Assembly (NCBI GenBank): GCA_012295275.1
Contig: CM022676.1
Location: forward strand, 8,494,001-8,558,000
Direction: 5' to 3'
Origin: Chrysomallon squamiferum
Lineage: Eukaryota > Animalia > Mollusca
Length of the DNA: 64,000 bases
Made by a program: the position numbers and the translations under genes. Within the stretch, counting starts at the first letter, position 1. Each line of letters starts with the position of its first letter. Positions 17,351 through 32,039 of this stretch are shown in pieces. The notes beneath the pieces are model-generated. The model had not been told where the DNA came from. It made no database searches and saw nothing but the letters and a program-made list of their open reading frames with translations.

Positions 17351-17526
17351 CGACTGGTTATTACGATTAAAGAGTTTAAATTAATTTTTTTAATGTAGTT
17401 GTCTCAAAAAATCGATTGGTGTTGTCGTCGACGTTGCATTATATATATATATGTTGATCATGCTGCCGTAGGTGTTCCTGGTGGTTGTCTCGATCTTTTA
17501 TTTTATATTTTATTTAATGGTTTCAG

Positions 17527-17597
17527 AGTTTTCAAGATGGAAGAAATGAAAACCGAACTCAATCACAGACTGGGATTAATAGAAAAACGAATGCAAA
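17527..17597 (+). CDS. PDE9A: PDE9 exon VFKMEEMKTELNHRLGLIEKRMQ
   Basis: tttcag acceptor and gtaagt donor. Matches PDE9A [23 protein letters not shown]. Confidence 0.9.
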
Positions 17598-18536
17598 GTA
17601 AGTAATCAAAATGGCGGATTTCGACGTCATCTCTAATATTTAAAAAAAAAAATTGTTATATTTCATTATTAAAGAGAAAAGCAAGCCGCCACAATATTCT
17701 AGAATATTCATAACAGCTCTGAAATTTGAATAAGATATTTGTTTTCTAATAATGCATATATATATATATATATATTTTATACATAACTATCTTAACTCGC
17801 ATTGATGTGTGTGTGTGTGTGCGTGTGTGTGACGTTATCTCGTTGCTATGGAGACTCACTTTATAAAATAATGATAATATATAATCTAACATTTGTATCA
17901 TTTAAAAGTATTTTGATTGGTCGAGGTATTATTCTGCTCTTTGGTAAAATACGTAATAACGTTTATAGTGAAATAAGTTTTGTTCAAGACACACCTTAAC
18001 TCTGCGATCCACAACTACAAATTAACAGTAAGTTAAATCACGTTATTTTTACTTAACTTCGACACTGACACCAAAAACAACAATGACAACGTCACTGAAA
18101 AGACACCAGTGACTAACCGCTACGACGGAGAAAAAAAACAAAACAACCAATAACCAAAACAAATTATTTTTATTTATTTTTCAAATGATTGTTTAGTTTA
18201 ATCTGTTCTTGTATTGTTTAATTTTTCTCTTCTTGTTTCGTTTTTTTCTTTTACTTTATTTCAGATTTGTCGTTGTTGGTTATTTGGTTCTTATTTTTGT
18301 TTTGGGGATTTATTTTTTTTTTTTTTTTGGTTTGTTTTAAGAAACGATTTCTTTACTTCTTTCTTTCTTTATATATATATATATATATATATTTATATGC
18401 TTTTTTGTTGTTGTTTTTTGTTTTGCTTTAATGATACACATTATGTTTTGTTTTTTCTAGATCCTATTTCCTCCAATAATTTATTTTTAAAATGGATATT
18501 TTACAAATATTTCAACATTTTTGTTTTACTCTGTAG

Positions 18537-18644
18537 TGGAAGGACTCAAGGTTGTGGAGATTGAGAAATGCAAACGAGACATATCTGACATAAAAGATCA
18601 AATCTGGAACGCCAGAAGAAGTTTGTTGAAATCAATCGAATGGG
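18537..18644 (+). CDS. PDE9A: PDE9 exon (M)EGLKVVEIEKCKRDISDIKDQIWNARRSLLKSIEW
   Basis: ctgtag acceptor and gtaagt donor. EGLKVVEIEKCK is the PDE9A motif. Confidence 0.92.
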
Positions 18645-18740
18645 GTAAGTTTTTCCTTCTACTGTTCCTTTTGTCTTTTGTCACTGATCGTAGATATTAA
18701 CTGCCTTTATTGTGGACGTTGGCTGACCATTTGTCAGTGG

Positions 18741-18841
<101 letters not shown>

Positions 18842-19353
18842 TGTGTGTGTGTTTGTGTACGTGAATATATGCATATTCTGATTAATACCAGTAGAACGTT
18901 CTTTCTTATGAAACATTCTCTACAAAAAAAAAAAAAAAAAATTATACTTTGACATTTTAATTTATATTAAATAAGAACCAGATTATGGTAGACATAATAA
19001 AAGAATATTAGAAAAAAAAAAAAAAAAAAAGGAATAAAAATATTTTGAACAACATTTGAAACAGAAAACATTTACTGAAGTATACGCTCCTAGCAACAGC
19101 ACGTAAACATTACTGAAGCGAAGTTCAAACATTCACAGTCTTTTGAGAATGTTTTCTGTGTGTGGGTCTCTGAATGTTTAAAAAAATCATGTTTACGTAA
19201 TTATTATATTATATATATATATATTTTTATTATGATGATGAAAACTACACTGAGTAATCTACCTTGTAATCTTTGATTACATTAATTTATTTTCATTACA
19301 GACCAATATTTATAGTGATTGCTACCCTAATCTTCGTGTATGTGTATTTTGAT

Positions 19354-19430
<77 letters not shown>

Positions 19431-19578
19431 CATTGCTGATAATCATTTTAGATTCATTTTACAATATACTACATTTAACTGCTAATTGTAAATTATTGTT
19501 ACTCACGTTGATAAAATAGTATTTTTATGTTTTATATATAAATATATGTTTGTATATGTGTGTGTGTGTGTGTGTGTT

Positions 19579-19610
<32 letters not shown>

Positions 19611-20014
19611 CACACACATATAGATACATGTATTTTTCATTGTTGATATTATTACTGTTGATCTTCATAATCATATTTTGTCTTTGTTGTATACATTGTT
19701 CAATCATTATCATCATTATAATCATCTATCATCATCATCAACATCATTATCATTATTATTATTACTTTTATTGTAGTGATTATTATTATTATTATTATTA
19801 TATTTATCATTATTATTATTACTGTTATTATTATTAATATTTTTATTATTATTATTTTATTATCATTATCATTATCATTATTACTATAAGATGAAATAAA
19901 ATTGATCATCTTATTTTTGATGATTTCTAATCAGTAACTTAGGACGAATCCAGGAGTTCAGTTAGGAGGGATTCTTTTAAATTTATTTAAATATTTATTT
20001 ATTTATTTATTCCC

Positions 20015-20055
<41 letters not shown>

Positions 20056-20112
20056 GTAGTAGTAGTTAACTGAATTAAGGTCTTTTTTTTTTTTTCATCA
20101 TTGTACTGGTTA

Positions 20113-20244
20113 TTTTCTTTCTTTTATATATGAAGGTTGATAGCATTAAATAAATAAATTAATTAATTAAATTAAATTAAATTAAATTAAATTAAATTAA
20201 ATTAAATGTCATTTTCTTACTTTTATATACGAAGGTCGATAGCA

Positions 20245-20276
<32 letters not shown>

Positions 20277-20330
20277 ATTAAATTAAATTAAATGTCATTT
20301 TCTTACTTTTATATATTAAGGTTGATAGCA

Positions 20331-20382
<52 letters not shown>

Positions 20383-20475
20383 ATTAAATTAAATTAAATT
20401 AAATGTCATTTTCATACTTTTTTATACGAAGGTTGATAGCATTAAATAAATAAATAAATAAATAAATAAATCAAA
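20113..20475. repeat. Four-copy compound repeat: about 40-bp core TTTTCTTACTTTTATATACGAAGGTTGATAGCATT plus variable (TAAA)n(TTAAA)n
   Basis: GAAGGTTGATAGCATTAAAT variants occur four times. Confidence 0.9.
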
Positions 20476-20516
20476 TCAAATCAAATCAAATTTCACGAAC
20501 ACCCTCCATAATCCAG

Positions 20517-20577
20517 CTCCTGGATTCGGTTTGTTTTTGTCCACCGAGGAGAGAGAACACGACACGGAAGAGAACTG
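20517..20577 (+). CDS. PDE9A: Probable PDE9 linker exon (A)PGFGLFLSTEEREHDTEEN(C)
   Basis: atccag acceptor (weak) and gtaaac donor. It supplies the phase 1 to 2 bridge needed between 18644 and 20685. I recognise no homology. Confidence 0.5.
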
Positions 20578-20684
20578 GTAAACAACGCATGGCTTGTATT
20601 TCTTTTTTTTCTTACCTTTTGTTTGGTTTGTTTCGTTCTGCATGCCTCCGGTTTTCATGGTAACCCTGTTCCTCATTTTTATAG

Positions 20685-20742
20685 TTCCCTTAGCGACGAA
20701 AAGAAGATCAGTCTTAAGAGAGATGTTCCGTCGTACCCAAAG
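20685..20742 (+). CDS. PDE9A: PDE9 exon SLSDEKKISLKRDVPSYPK
   Basis: ttttatag acceptor and gtaaaa donor. Matches PDE9A DNHKKLTPRRDVPTYPK. Confidence 0.9.
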
Positions 20743-20911
20743 GTAAAATGCCCTGTGACATTTGCCCTATGACGTATGTACCTATAATTAAAAAAAAAAC
20801 GAAAAAAAAGTGTTTAATATTACATACGTGTTAATGTTCGGTGTTTGTAGATGAAAACAAAGAGAGAAAAAATTTTCAGTTTTTTTCCGATTTAGAAAAA
20901 AATGGAATGAA

Positions 20912-20944
<33 letters not shown>

Positions 20945-21684
20945 TAAATGAGATAGAATAGAATAAAGGAAAAAGAGAAAAAAAATAAAAAAAAAATAAC
21001 GAAAATTATAACGCACGAAATAATGTCAAACCGGAAGTGCTTAAAATAATAGTATTTTCTCAAAGCCTAATCCGAAATAGTTTTCACACGGTAGCTACAG
21101 CTGCTTACAGTATTTTATTTTATTAGTTTGTTTAGCTCTTTTTTTTTTTTTTTTTTTTTTTTGTTGTTGTCGTTTATTTGTTTTCGTTTGTTTTATTCTT
21201 CTTTTGTTTTGTTTGTTTGTTTTATTTTTTTATTTATTTATTTTTACTTTTTACTTTTTTTTTAATAAGCATTGTTATATTGTTCTACTTTTTTGGACAT
21301 ACCCAAAATAAAATTATGAATAAAAAAAATAATAATTTAAAAACTAAAATTATTTCAAAAAATAAATAACTAGATAAATAAATGTACACGAATAAATAAA
21401 CTTTAAGTAAGTTCGTAAATGTTCAGTAAATAAACAGACAGCCGTTACTGCTATTACCACAACATCAACCATTACAACTACAACAACTCCTGTTACATCT
21501 ACGACTACTACTACTACCACAAAACGAATATTCTAATTTCAGTGTTATTGCTACATCAAAAATTATTATTATTATAAAACATTTTCTTATCTACATAAAA
21601 TTTCTCACACTTAGATAGAAATGTATTCAATGCGCATGTGCGCCTACTGAAATATATACACGCACAATTTACATACTGAAAAAG

Positions 21685-21779
<95 letters not shown>

Positions 21780-22658
21780 AACTATCTTTCTATCTTTTTC
21801 TTTCAATGCATCCAAATTTTAGTTCCGCGAACCCGGCTGTGTGATAGATTTTTCACAGAAAAGAGAAAATAAAACATTGTTTAGTGCTTGTTTAAATCAG
21901 TACACTTGAGTATAGGCTGGTTTCTTTTCCCGGGCTAGCTAATTTAATAAAACAAAAATATATATAACGGCATTTAAACTGTAAGTAATGGACCGCTTAA
22001 TATTTGTTTTCTTTATTACATTTACTTTTTATTTACTTATTTTGTTTTGTTTTTTACGTGTAGTATTAAAGAAATCAGAAACATTTGCCTCGTTTTCGCA
22101 GTCGATTGGTATTCTTTGTGTACTGCACTAGCCTCGTTTTGGCTGTCTTCGCGTTTCCGCTGTGTTTAGCATAATTCTTATAAAATGTTACGAGTCTGTA
22201 TTTTGAGAAGTGTAAAAATATGGCATAAAATACATATAATTAATATTTGAAAATGATTTAATTAAATTTTAAAATTATCATTAACAATGTCTCAAAATCC
22301 TGATTTATTTTCATTTTCTTTTTGACTATTTCATCTGATATGGGGTTGTATGTTTGAAATATCATAAACAAAGACGTTTTAAATTTAAATTTTTTATAAC
22401 GTTTTATTATGTATCTAGTTATTTGTCTCTTTAGTTTATTTTGTTTCATTTTATTTATTTACTTATTTATATACATGCATTTATAACTTTCCTTTTTATT
22501 TATTTATTTATTTATTTATTATATCTTATTTTATTTTTTATTTTATTTATTTATTTATTATTTTATTTTATTTTATTTTATTTTGTTTTTATTTTATTTT
22601 GTTTTTTTTTTTTTATTTATTTTTTTTTAGTTATTTTAGTTTATTTTATTTTATTTCG

Positions 22659-22705
<47 letters not shown>

Positions 22706-22778
22706 TTTTTCTGTTTCTTTATACATTTAGATAATTTCGAGTATTTAATTTTTAGATATATATATCTTAAATTTATTA

Positions 22779-22855
<77 letters not shown>

Positions 22856-22897
22856 GTGTTCACCTGTAACTGGATATCACCTGCATTTTTGTTTCAG

Positions 22898-22918
22898 GTA
22901 ATACCCGATCATCAAAAG
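22898..22918 (+). CDS. Candidate 21-nt PDE9 microexon VIPDHQK
   Basis: tttttgtttcag acceptor, aag|gtaaat donor, phase 0/0, no stop codon. Confidence 0.4.
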
Positions 22919-24032
22919 GTAAATAACAAAAATATAAAACTCAAAATTAAACTCAAAATATCCTTTAACTTCATAGAGCTCAGCACATCGCAAAACACTC
23001 CCTACATCGGCCACCTCTATAAATAGGACAGTTTCTTTTGCATACAAATGCATGCAGTAGATCTTGTATGTAAAGGCAACTAATTTTTGTAAAGATTAAT
23101 CGGGACATTAGATAGTTACTTTTAAATTTAATAAAGCCATTAAAATAAGCAGGTAAATAAATATTTTGAATCAGTAGCTATATTTCCCAATTAAGTGTTT
23201 ATTTTATTATTATCTTATTATATTTATTTTATTTTATTTTATTTTATTTTATTTTATTTTATTTTATTTTATTTTATTTTATTGTTTACTTAGTTATCTA
23301 TTTAAATATCTCTCAAAACTATTTTGATTTATTTTTATTTTATATATTTTTCATTCCGTTTTTTTATTTTCATTTTTTGTATTTACCTATTTATTTATTT
23401 ATTTATTTATTTGACAAATTATCCCGTTCTAGCCAGTTTCACCACTGGTAACATAAACGATATATTACTAAAACAAGGTTTAAAAACTCGTTTTGGGGAG
23501 AATAATTATTATTATTAAATTTTTTCCCCTTCTTCTACTGAACCGCTTAATTGCACGTTAAAGCATGTTTGCAAAATAGATGCTTTCACCAGTATTCAGT
23601 ACACGATAACAATAATAATAATTACTACTTCTTCTACTATTACTACTAGTACCACTATACTACTACTACTACTACTACTAAGACTACTATACTACTACTA
23701 CTACTAGACTACTAGACTACTACTACTAATACTACTACTACTACTAATAATAATATTAATAATAATAATAATAATAATTGAAAATAATAACAATAATAAT
23801 AATTATAATAATAATTAATAATAATAATAATTAATTATTATTATAATTATAATTATAATTCTTAGTTGATAATTAATTATTTAATTTAGCAAAACAATAA
23901 CACATCTAATAACACTGTTACTACAAAAACAATAAAAACAACAATAGTTAGTACTACTATAACGTTTGCTTCTACTATTGTTACTACAACTACTACTGCT
24001 GTTTCAACAATAACAGCAACAAAAACACCATC

Positions 24033-24088
<56 letters not shown>

Positions 24089-24245
24089 CAACAACAACAA
24101 AAAACAACTATTTTAAAAACAAAGGCACCTAATTCGCATTTTTATTGTTTTAATTAATCTTTCATTTTTCAATATTGTTTTTTTCTTTCCATTTAATTAT
24201 TTTCCTTTATTTATTTATTTATTTACTTTTTTATTTATTTTGTTT

Positions 24246-24308
<63 letters not shown>

Positions 24309-25644
24309 TTACTACTACTACGTTTAATTCGTGTTTTTCTTTGATTTACAAACAAATCGTAAAATCGTGTTTAATTTTCCTGGTGAATTCAAGTTTTTCA
24401 CGTATTCATTTCTCAAAAAAAAAATCCATGACTTGTCAAATACGTCAGTACGTATTTTCCAGAGCGTATTCATCCGAGCGTATTCGTCAGTGTATATTTA
24501 CGTCACTGCGTATTCATCATTACGTACTCAGTGGTTCATATTCTTTTCTGCAAATACGTTAAAGCAAAAATCACATGTGCGTATTAACCACTGCAAATTC
24601 ACTTTGAGTATTAACAGTTACTGATTCACCATTGCGACTATTCATTATTGCGTAATTACCTTTGGGTCTTTATTCTTAAAAATACCTTCGTTTGTGCTTA
24701 TATACTGGATTAACTCGCTGTTCAAAACAAAGAGATAAATGTTATTATACAAATACACCTTAGTGCAGTTAGCATTATATAAACATATTTCTTATTCTAA
24801 ATTACATACGGGTACTTGGTTTGTTTTATTTATTTATTTACTTACTAACTTACTTACTTAATTAATTATTTACTTATTTATTCTAACTGGCATACATTCA
24901 CAAATAGTTATAGACATAAAGTTATGCATTAAATTGCAAATGTTATGTATTTTTGTATTAATGCATTAATGACTAAAATAAATTTTTAATATATAGATAA
25001 TGAAATAAAATAAATTAAATGCTGGTCAGAATATAAAAAATCTACAGTAGATTTATAATACATGAACATTTATTTTGGGTATGTCATAGAAAGAGTTTTT
25101 TTTTTTTGTGTGTTTTTTTTTTTTTTTTTTTTTTCTGTTGTAAATTTTGCATGTTAGATTTTTGCACTAAGCCCGCAATAAAACGTTCGATATATTCCGT
25201 CAATCTTAACAATTTTATTTTTAAAATTAGAAAATTGTGCGATTGAGGCACGCCGAGATTCGAAACCGCAGCCAGCTATTTGTACTTACTTGCACGTGCA
25301 CAGCAACAAAAATAACCTGTGATTTTTCTGTTGAAAGCAAAAAACCTCTTGTCGTTTTGTGGGAAATTTTCTGTTAGATTATTGTGTCATCGTTTTTTTT
25401 TTGTGTTTTTTTTTTTGTGTTTCGCTTTCCATTTTCTCGTTCATTTCTGACTAATTCATTTCATGATGTTTTAGGTTTCCAGGTATATTTTATCATGGCC
25501 GAAATGATTATATTTCCTTTGTTTATTATATTTAAAAGAAAGTAAAAAAAAAAAAAAAAAAAATTCTGTGGTTAATATAAAAAATGTTGATATTCTTGTG
25601 GCAGTGCCATAGAAACAGACGAGACCATCCTTCATAAACTGACA

Positions 25645-25668
25645 ATGTCGTCAACGCACTACAATAAG
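25645..25668 (+). CDS. Candidate alternative first coding exon of PDE9 (MSSTHYNK)
   Basis: acaATG start context and aag|gtaaca donor, phase 0 into exon 28059. Three X-box-like motifs lie within 50 bp of it. Confidence 0.45.
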
Positions 25669-25837
25669 GTAACACTGCTGCCATGGTAACAAACTCATTA
25701 CAGTTGCCATAGAAACACGGTTATACATCCTTAACGAAAATCAGTTCATGTTCCGGTAAAAAGATTAGCAAACATTCTCTAAAGAAAAACAAAAAAGAAA
25801 CAAGAAAAACGACAACAATAAAAGTGAAACTACCACC

Positions 25838-25913
<76 letters not shown>

Positions 25914-25915
25914 AC

Positions 25916-25948
<33 letters not shown>

Positions 25949-26740
25949 GGAACGAGAAAAAAAATCTTAGTTTTGAAAACAACTTTGACTCTTTAATTAT
26001 CTCCCTTGTTCGCCATATTTTAATTTTTAACAAACTGACCAAACTGACTGTTTATTAAGAATTAATTTCTAAGCATTGTTCAAACTAACTAATTGTTTGA
26101 TACCCAAATTAGATCCATTTTGTTACGAAGCTAACTGCTTTCATTATTTTCTCATCAATTGGTTTAGCTTTAGGCTGGCCTGTTTTCAAATTGTATTTAT
26201 CTTCCGAAATCAAAATGGGACGATAAAGGAACACAAAAATCTTAAAATATTTATTCATTTATTCATTATAATTAGCATTTATTATTGTTATTATTTATTT
26301 ATTTTTTCAATTTTAGCTTTGTTGTTTTATTTTATTTTATTTTATTGTATTTTTATTTTTTTTCAAATTTAACTTTGTTATTTTATTTTATTTTATTTAT
26401 TTTATTTTTATTTTTATTTTTATTATTACTTATAGACGTTTCTTTTGATTAAATTTAAGTTTAAATGGCAAAACTTAGAAGGGATGAGTTCTTCTTGATC
26501 TGTTTCCTATTTGTCCCGGTAACTGAGGTAACCCTAAGAACTGATTTTGGTTAACGGATGTTGCACCAGAAACTTCTATCCCTGTCTTTTTTCGAAATTG
26601 CCATGGTTACGAATGCGCGACGACCTTTGAAAGAAATCAACAACAGCGAGGTCACGTGAACTTCCGACATAGTGTCAAAGTTCAAAAGCGAGTTTCCATT
26701 TTTGCATGAATATATATATATTTTTTTAATGTTATTATAA

Positions 26741-26779
<39 letters not shown>

Positions 26780-28058
26780 ACTCGCGAGAAGCTGGTGAAT
26801 ATTTCTTCTTACAAACCAGTTTAGAAAACAAAAATACATGTTCTTAATACGCTGAAATAAAAATATGTTGAATTCGTATTTATTTTTTAATTTACTAATT
26901 TTTTTTCAAATAATGAAGCCTATTCTTCAATGTCATATTAATAATTTTTATATTAATATTAAATTGAGATAGGTAATTTATTTATATTTAGAATAAAAAA
27001 AAAATCCTAATACAATAAATAATAATAATCTAAATCTGATTTTCTTTTTCTTGTGATATAAATTTTAAAAAAATATATAATAATTTGGTCATATAATCGG
27101 AAGAAAGAAAATAAATTATAAGGTCTAGCAACAGTCGAAAAATAATAATAAATAGTTAATTATTGTTATTATCGATTCACTAAATCATTTTGAAATAAAT
27201 AGTATTTCGTTTCATTAATATAAAAAAAAAAAAAAAAAAATGGCTGCTACATTAACGATAATTCATATGTTTTCGAGATGTTCATAATGTCAAAAGATTG
27301 CGAAAAAAAAAATAATAAAAAAAAAAAATAAAAATAAAAATGGAGAATGAATCAGATGGTTTCGAAGTAATAAAAAGTTTAATTATATTTTATATTTTTA
27401 TTTCAAAATAAATAAATAAAAATGAAAACAGCAGGATGGTGAAAATCGTATTTTGTTTCTTAAACTGGTTTGTTTAAGACGTCACTGCTTTGGCAATAAC
27501 CTGTTGCTATGGAAATTCGTTTTTGAACGCGTCGATGATCCACAGATATTTAGGTGCAATGTATTCGAGAAAAGACACAGTTCCTGGAACGGAACATTTA
27601 GAATTCAGTTTAGAATCTATTTAGTATGTATCTAGAATTTATATATATATATATATATATACGTACATAAATGTTTAGTTTGTTTAAATGTATTTGTGAA
27701 CGCAGAAAGATTTAAATTATTATATTTTAATTATTCTAATATTTAACTACACATTATGGGTTTTTTTTATTAACATTGTTATTATTTTAAATATTTATCT
27801 CTAACTGTTAAGCTAATGAAATTGAAAGCTTAAAAATGTTTATGTCATTAACAATTTCGTCCAAAAAAGTATAAAAATTTTAAAAAAGAAAAAAGATTAT
27901 AACTAAAGATTAATCAATTTTCGATATGACTAAATGGAAATAAATAATTTCACAAATATCTAATTACAAGACGTTTATATATACATACATACATAGGTAT
28001 GTATGTATGTATGTGTGTGTTTATTACTTTATATGAAAGTGGTGTTTTTTATTTACAG

Positions 28059-28133
28059 TACACTCTGTCCCAGGAAACGATTGATTATCTAAAACAACCC
28101 ACCTTTGACATGTGGCATTGGGAACCCAATGAA
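28059..28133 (+). CDS. PDE9A: PDE9 exon YTLSQETIDYLKQPTFDMWHWEPNE
   Basis: ttacag acceptor and gtaagt donor. Matches [25 protein letters not shown]. Confidence 0.95.
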
Positions 28134-28491
28134 GTAAGTATTCTGTCGTTGTCGCTGCGGTTGCTAAATGTTGTAGTCGTAGACAATCATAAGATTGCTA
28201 TAAAAAAAAATAAGAAGAAGAATAATAAAAATTTTTTAAAACAAGCCCACATAATTAGTCGTTAAAGATTCACGAATATCAAAGATGATTACGTCACAGA
28301 CAAAATACATGACGACATAAATCAGCAACAACTGCGACAGATAGCGAGATAGAAAGACAGATAAGTAATCAGACAGCAACAAGGAGAGAAAGATAGGTAT
28401 ACAGATAGACAAATAAATAAACAGATAAACTGATAGATAGATAAATAGATAGAATTGTAGATAGATAGATACTCACAAATAGAAAACGAAT

Positions 28492-28590
<99 letters not shown>

Positions 28591-28762
28591 GTAAACGAGT
28601 TCTTAGTAACTACATAATTAGCATGCGTCTGTTTCTCATTCTTCACTACTGGAAAACAATTTAAACTAAATTTTCACTTACTCTAATCTGGTCTACTTAA
28701 GACTGTTTTACATGTAACTACGCTATAAAAATAAATTACGTATTTTAATTTATTACTTTCAG

Positions 28763-28849
28763 ATGTTGAGTCTCTTGGAACACATGTATCACGAACTTGA
28801 TCTTGTTGCCGAGTTCAGCATCAATCCAATCACACTGAAACGATGGCTG
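28763..28849 (+). CDS. PDE9A: PDE9 exon [29 protein letters not shown]
   Basis: tttcag acceptor and gtaagg donor. Strong match to PDE9A. Confidence 0.95.
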
Positions 28850-28921
28850 GTAAGGATCTTCGTCATCATCATCATCATCATCACTGTCATCATCTTCTAA
28901 TTTTTCTTCTTTTTTATGTTC

Positions 28922-28953
<32 letters not shown>

Positions 28954-29772
28954 CTTCTTCTTCTTCTTTATTATTATTATTATTATTTATTATTATTATT
29001 ATTATTAATATAATTAACATTACTTTCATCATAATCGCCATCATCATCATTATCATCATCATCATCATCATCATGGTTCTTATTATTTCTATACGTTGTT
29101 GTCGATGTCCCTAGCACCACCACTGAAGCTGTTATTTAAGCCTGTATTACTAAAAATTAATTTGTAGCGACACATGAGAAAATCCAACGCCATTACAGGA
29201 ATTTCAGTTTTATAATTTTTCTTTCGTCAAATTCTGCACGGAATATTAATTTAGACAATGTCGTTACAACGTCATCAACGTTTTCAACGCTGTTTGTGTT
29301 GGTATTTTAGCTAAATCCTTCACGCTAATTTTTTAAATGTACAACGTCAGGTCTTATCACGTTTGTCTTCATCACCACAAATAACGGAGTCTTTTTTGTT
29401 GTTTTTTTCTTTTTTTTTTCTTTTTGTTGTTGTTTTTTTAAAATTAAATTATCTGTTTTCAATCTTGCTTCGTTACCGATGAGGCAATATTTAAAAATAT
29501 GTATTTTCTTCAAAAATATTACTAGTATATTTTATTTCGATAATCAGAGACACGGACAAACAGACAAACAGACATATAGACATAAATACACGCGCGCGCG
29601 CGCACACACACACACACACACACATACAGATATGTCAAATTTTCATTAAAAAATAAAAAATAAACACAGATATCTAACTATATCCTAAATGTCATACACA
29701 TACACACAAAACACACGCACCTACACAAAACACACACAAATAAACGCGCGCGCACCGATACACACACGCACA

Positions 29773-29804
<32 letters not shown>

Positions 29805-31050
29805 TACACTAACAACGCTTTAACAACTCCCCCTTGACCATTTGTTATATCAGTAATTAATCTCACTCACAAAAGCTTCTGTCACTTTTCATTTTATTCA
29901 TTTATCCACAAATAACAATTTCAGCGTCTCTCTCTTTTGCCCTGTCAAATCTATTTTTTCATTCGTTTTAGTTATGCAGTGCTTTGCTGCAAAACGGGTT
30001 AGTTATGGCTGTCAAAAAAAAAACCACTGGTATTAGCTTTATAAAAAGATTTCTGTCAATCGAAATTATATTTATAGCAGTGGCCATTGTATGTAAGCCA
30101 GTGCGTCTTGGTTTTGTGGTGCTTTCGCATCGCGGGAGGAAATAAACTAAGGAAGTTAGGAAGAGGTATGACTGCCTTTATTAACTGTCCAAAAGGAACA
30201 TCAGTGTGTGTGCCTGCGTGTGTTTTGTGTGTCGTTACATCCATCAGTTAGTTCTTATATAGGTATATCTTTATGAATGTAGGCCCATTACCAAAATTCA
30301 CCATTATAAAATATATTACCACCACAGCCTCGCTTCTTTCACGCCCTCTCCCAGCAAACCAATTATGTTCTTCCCTGGTTTATTTTCCATGATTATTGAG
30401 ACATTAATTTCACCGTTATAAGAATATTATCTTTAACTCACCCTTTCATAGTTCCCCTAACAAACCCCTGGTTAGTATTCCCTGGTTATCAACCATTAAT
30501 ATCATCTCTACCTCACCCCCTTCATACCTCCCCTAAACAAACCAATTAGGTACGCTCCTTGGCTTGGATTCCCTCGTTATCCAGAGACTAAACTTTAAGT
30601 GCAGATCTTAAATGATAATTGAGAAAATTAATACTGATGTGCCGTGCATTTATTTTCCATAACAGAATATTGATCCGTTTAATATGTGTAGGAGGTTTTT
30701 CAGTTTATTACTACGGACGTTGATAATGTTATCTATCTAAATTACGGCTTAATTGGACGTCTATTATGTGGTTTTTAAAGTGATTGTGATCGATATTAAA
30801 TGAAAAAAAGAAATAAATAATGAAGAAAGAAATTAGACGATTTGTTTTTACAAAACTAATGATTTTTAAAGTATTTGATTGTTTGTTGGGGATGAAAGGG
30901 ATTTAGGTCTGAACTTCGGATTCTCAAAGTACACTGCACTCATCTGTAACTGTTCGATATGGTAGCTGAATCTAGGTTTATATAATCTGTATTTGTTTGA
31001 GTTGGCTTGATGTTTTATCTCTGGTTCTGTCTTCGTGGATGTATGTCTAC

Positions 31051-31149
<99 letters not shown>

Positions 31150-31728
31150 CGTTAAAACACCAATAAATACAAAGAAGTATATATTTGTTTAAGAATATAA
31201 GAACGTGTTTAGGCTTTTCTCTTTCTTTCTCTTGTGCTCTCTTTTCTCTATCTCTTTCACCTTTGTCATATATACTGATCACCATCGTCATTCTTATCAT
31301 TCACACATCACCGTCAACATCATTATCATTATCATTACCATCATCATCATTATCACATCATCATAATCCGCAACAACAGTGTCATCATTAAAACTATTAT
31401 CGTCATCATCAGTATTGTTATCGTGGCAATAATCATCACTATTATTATCATCACCAGCCTGGTCATCATCATTCTGATCATCATCATCATAGTGATCATC
31501 ATCATTCTAATCATTATCATCATCATCATTTTCATTATCATCAGTTATATATATTTTTTCATCAACATAATCATCAGCATTATTATTCATATCGTCATTA
31601 TTATCATTACCACCATTACCATCATCATCATCATCATCATCATACACATACCATTTTATAACAGTATATATCACACACACACAAAAAAGACATTAATGTT
31701 TTTCTTTCTCCGTTTTCTCGCTTGACAG

Positions 31729-31916
31729 TTGTGTGTTCAAGAAAACTACAGGAACAATCCGTTCCACAATTTCCGCCACTGTTTCTGCGTGTCCCAAATG
31801 ATGTACGGCATGATTCACCTCTGCAAACTCTGGGACTTCATGACTCGAGAGGACCTGGGCATCCTCATCACAGCAGCCGTCTGCCACGATCTCGACCATC
31901 CCGGCTACAACAACAC
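31729..31916 (+). CDS. PDE9A: PDE9 catalytic exon with [11 protein letters not shown] and [10 protein letters not shown]
   Basis: Class I PDEase signature HDxxHPGxNN and the metal-binding His residues; canonical splice sites. Confidence 0.97.
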
Positions 31917-32039
31917 GTAAGTTGTTGCTGCAACGTCAGTTGTGACGTCATTGCTAAAACTGCATCGTTACGTTGTTTTGTTTTTTTATGTTGTTTTTTT
32001 TTTGTATTGTTGTCGTTATTTTACTGTTGGTGTTATAAT

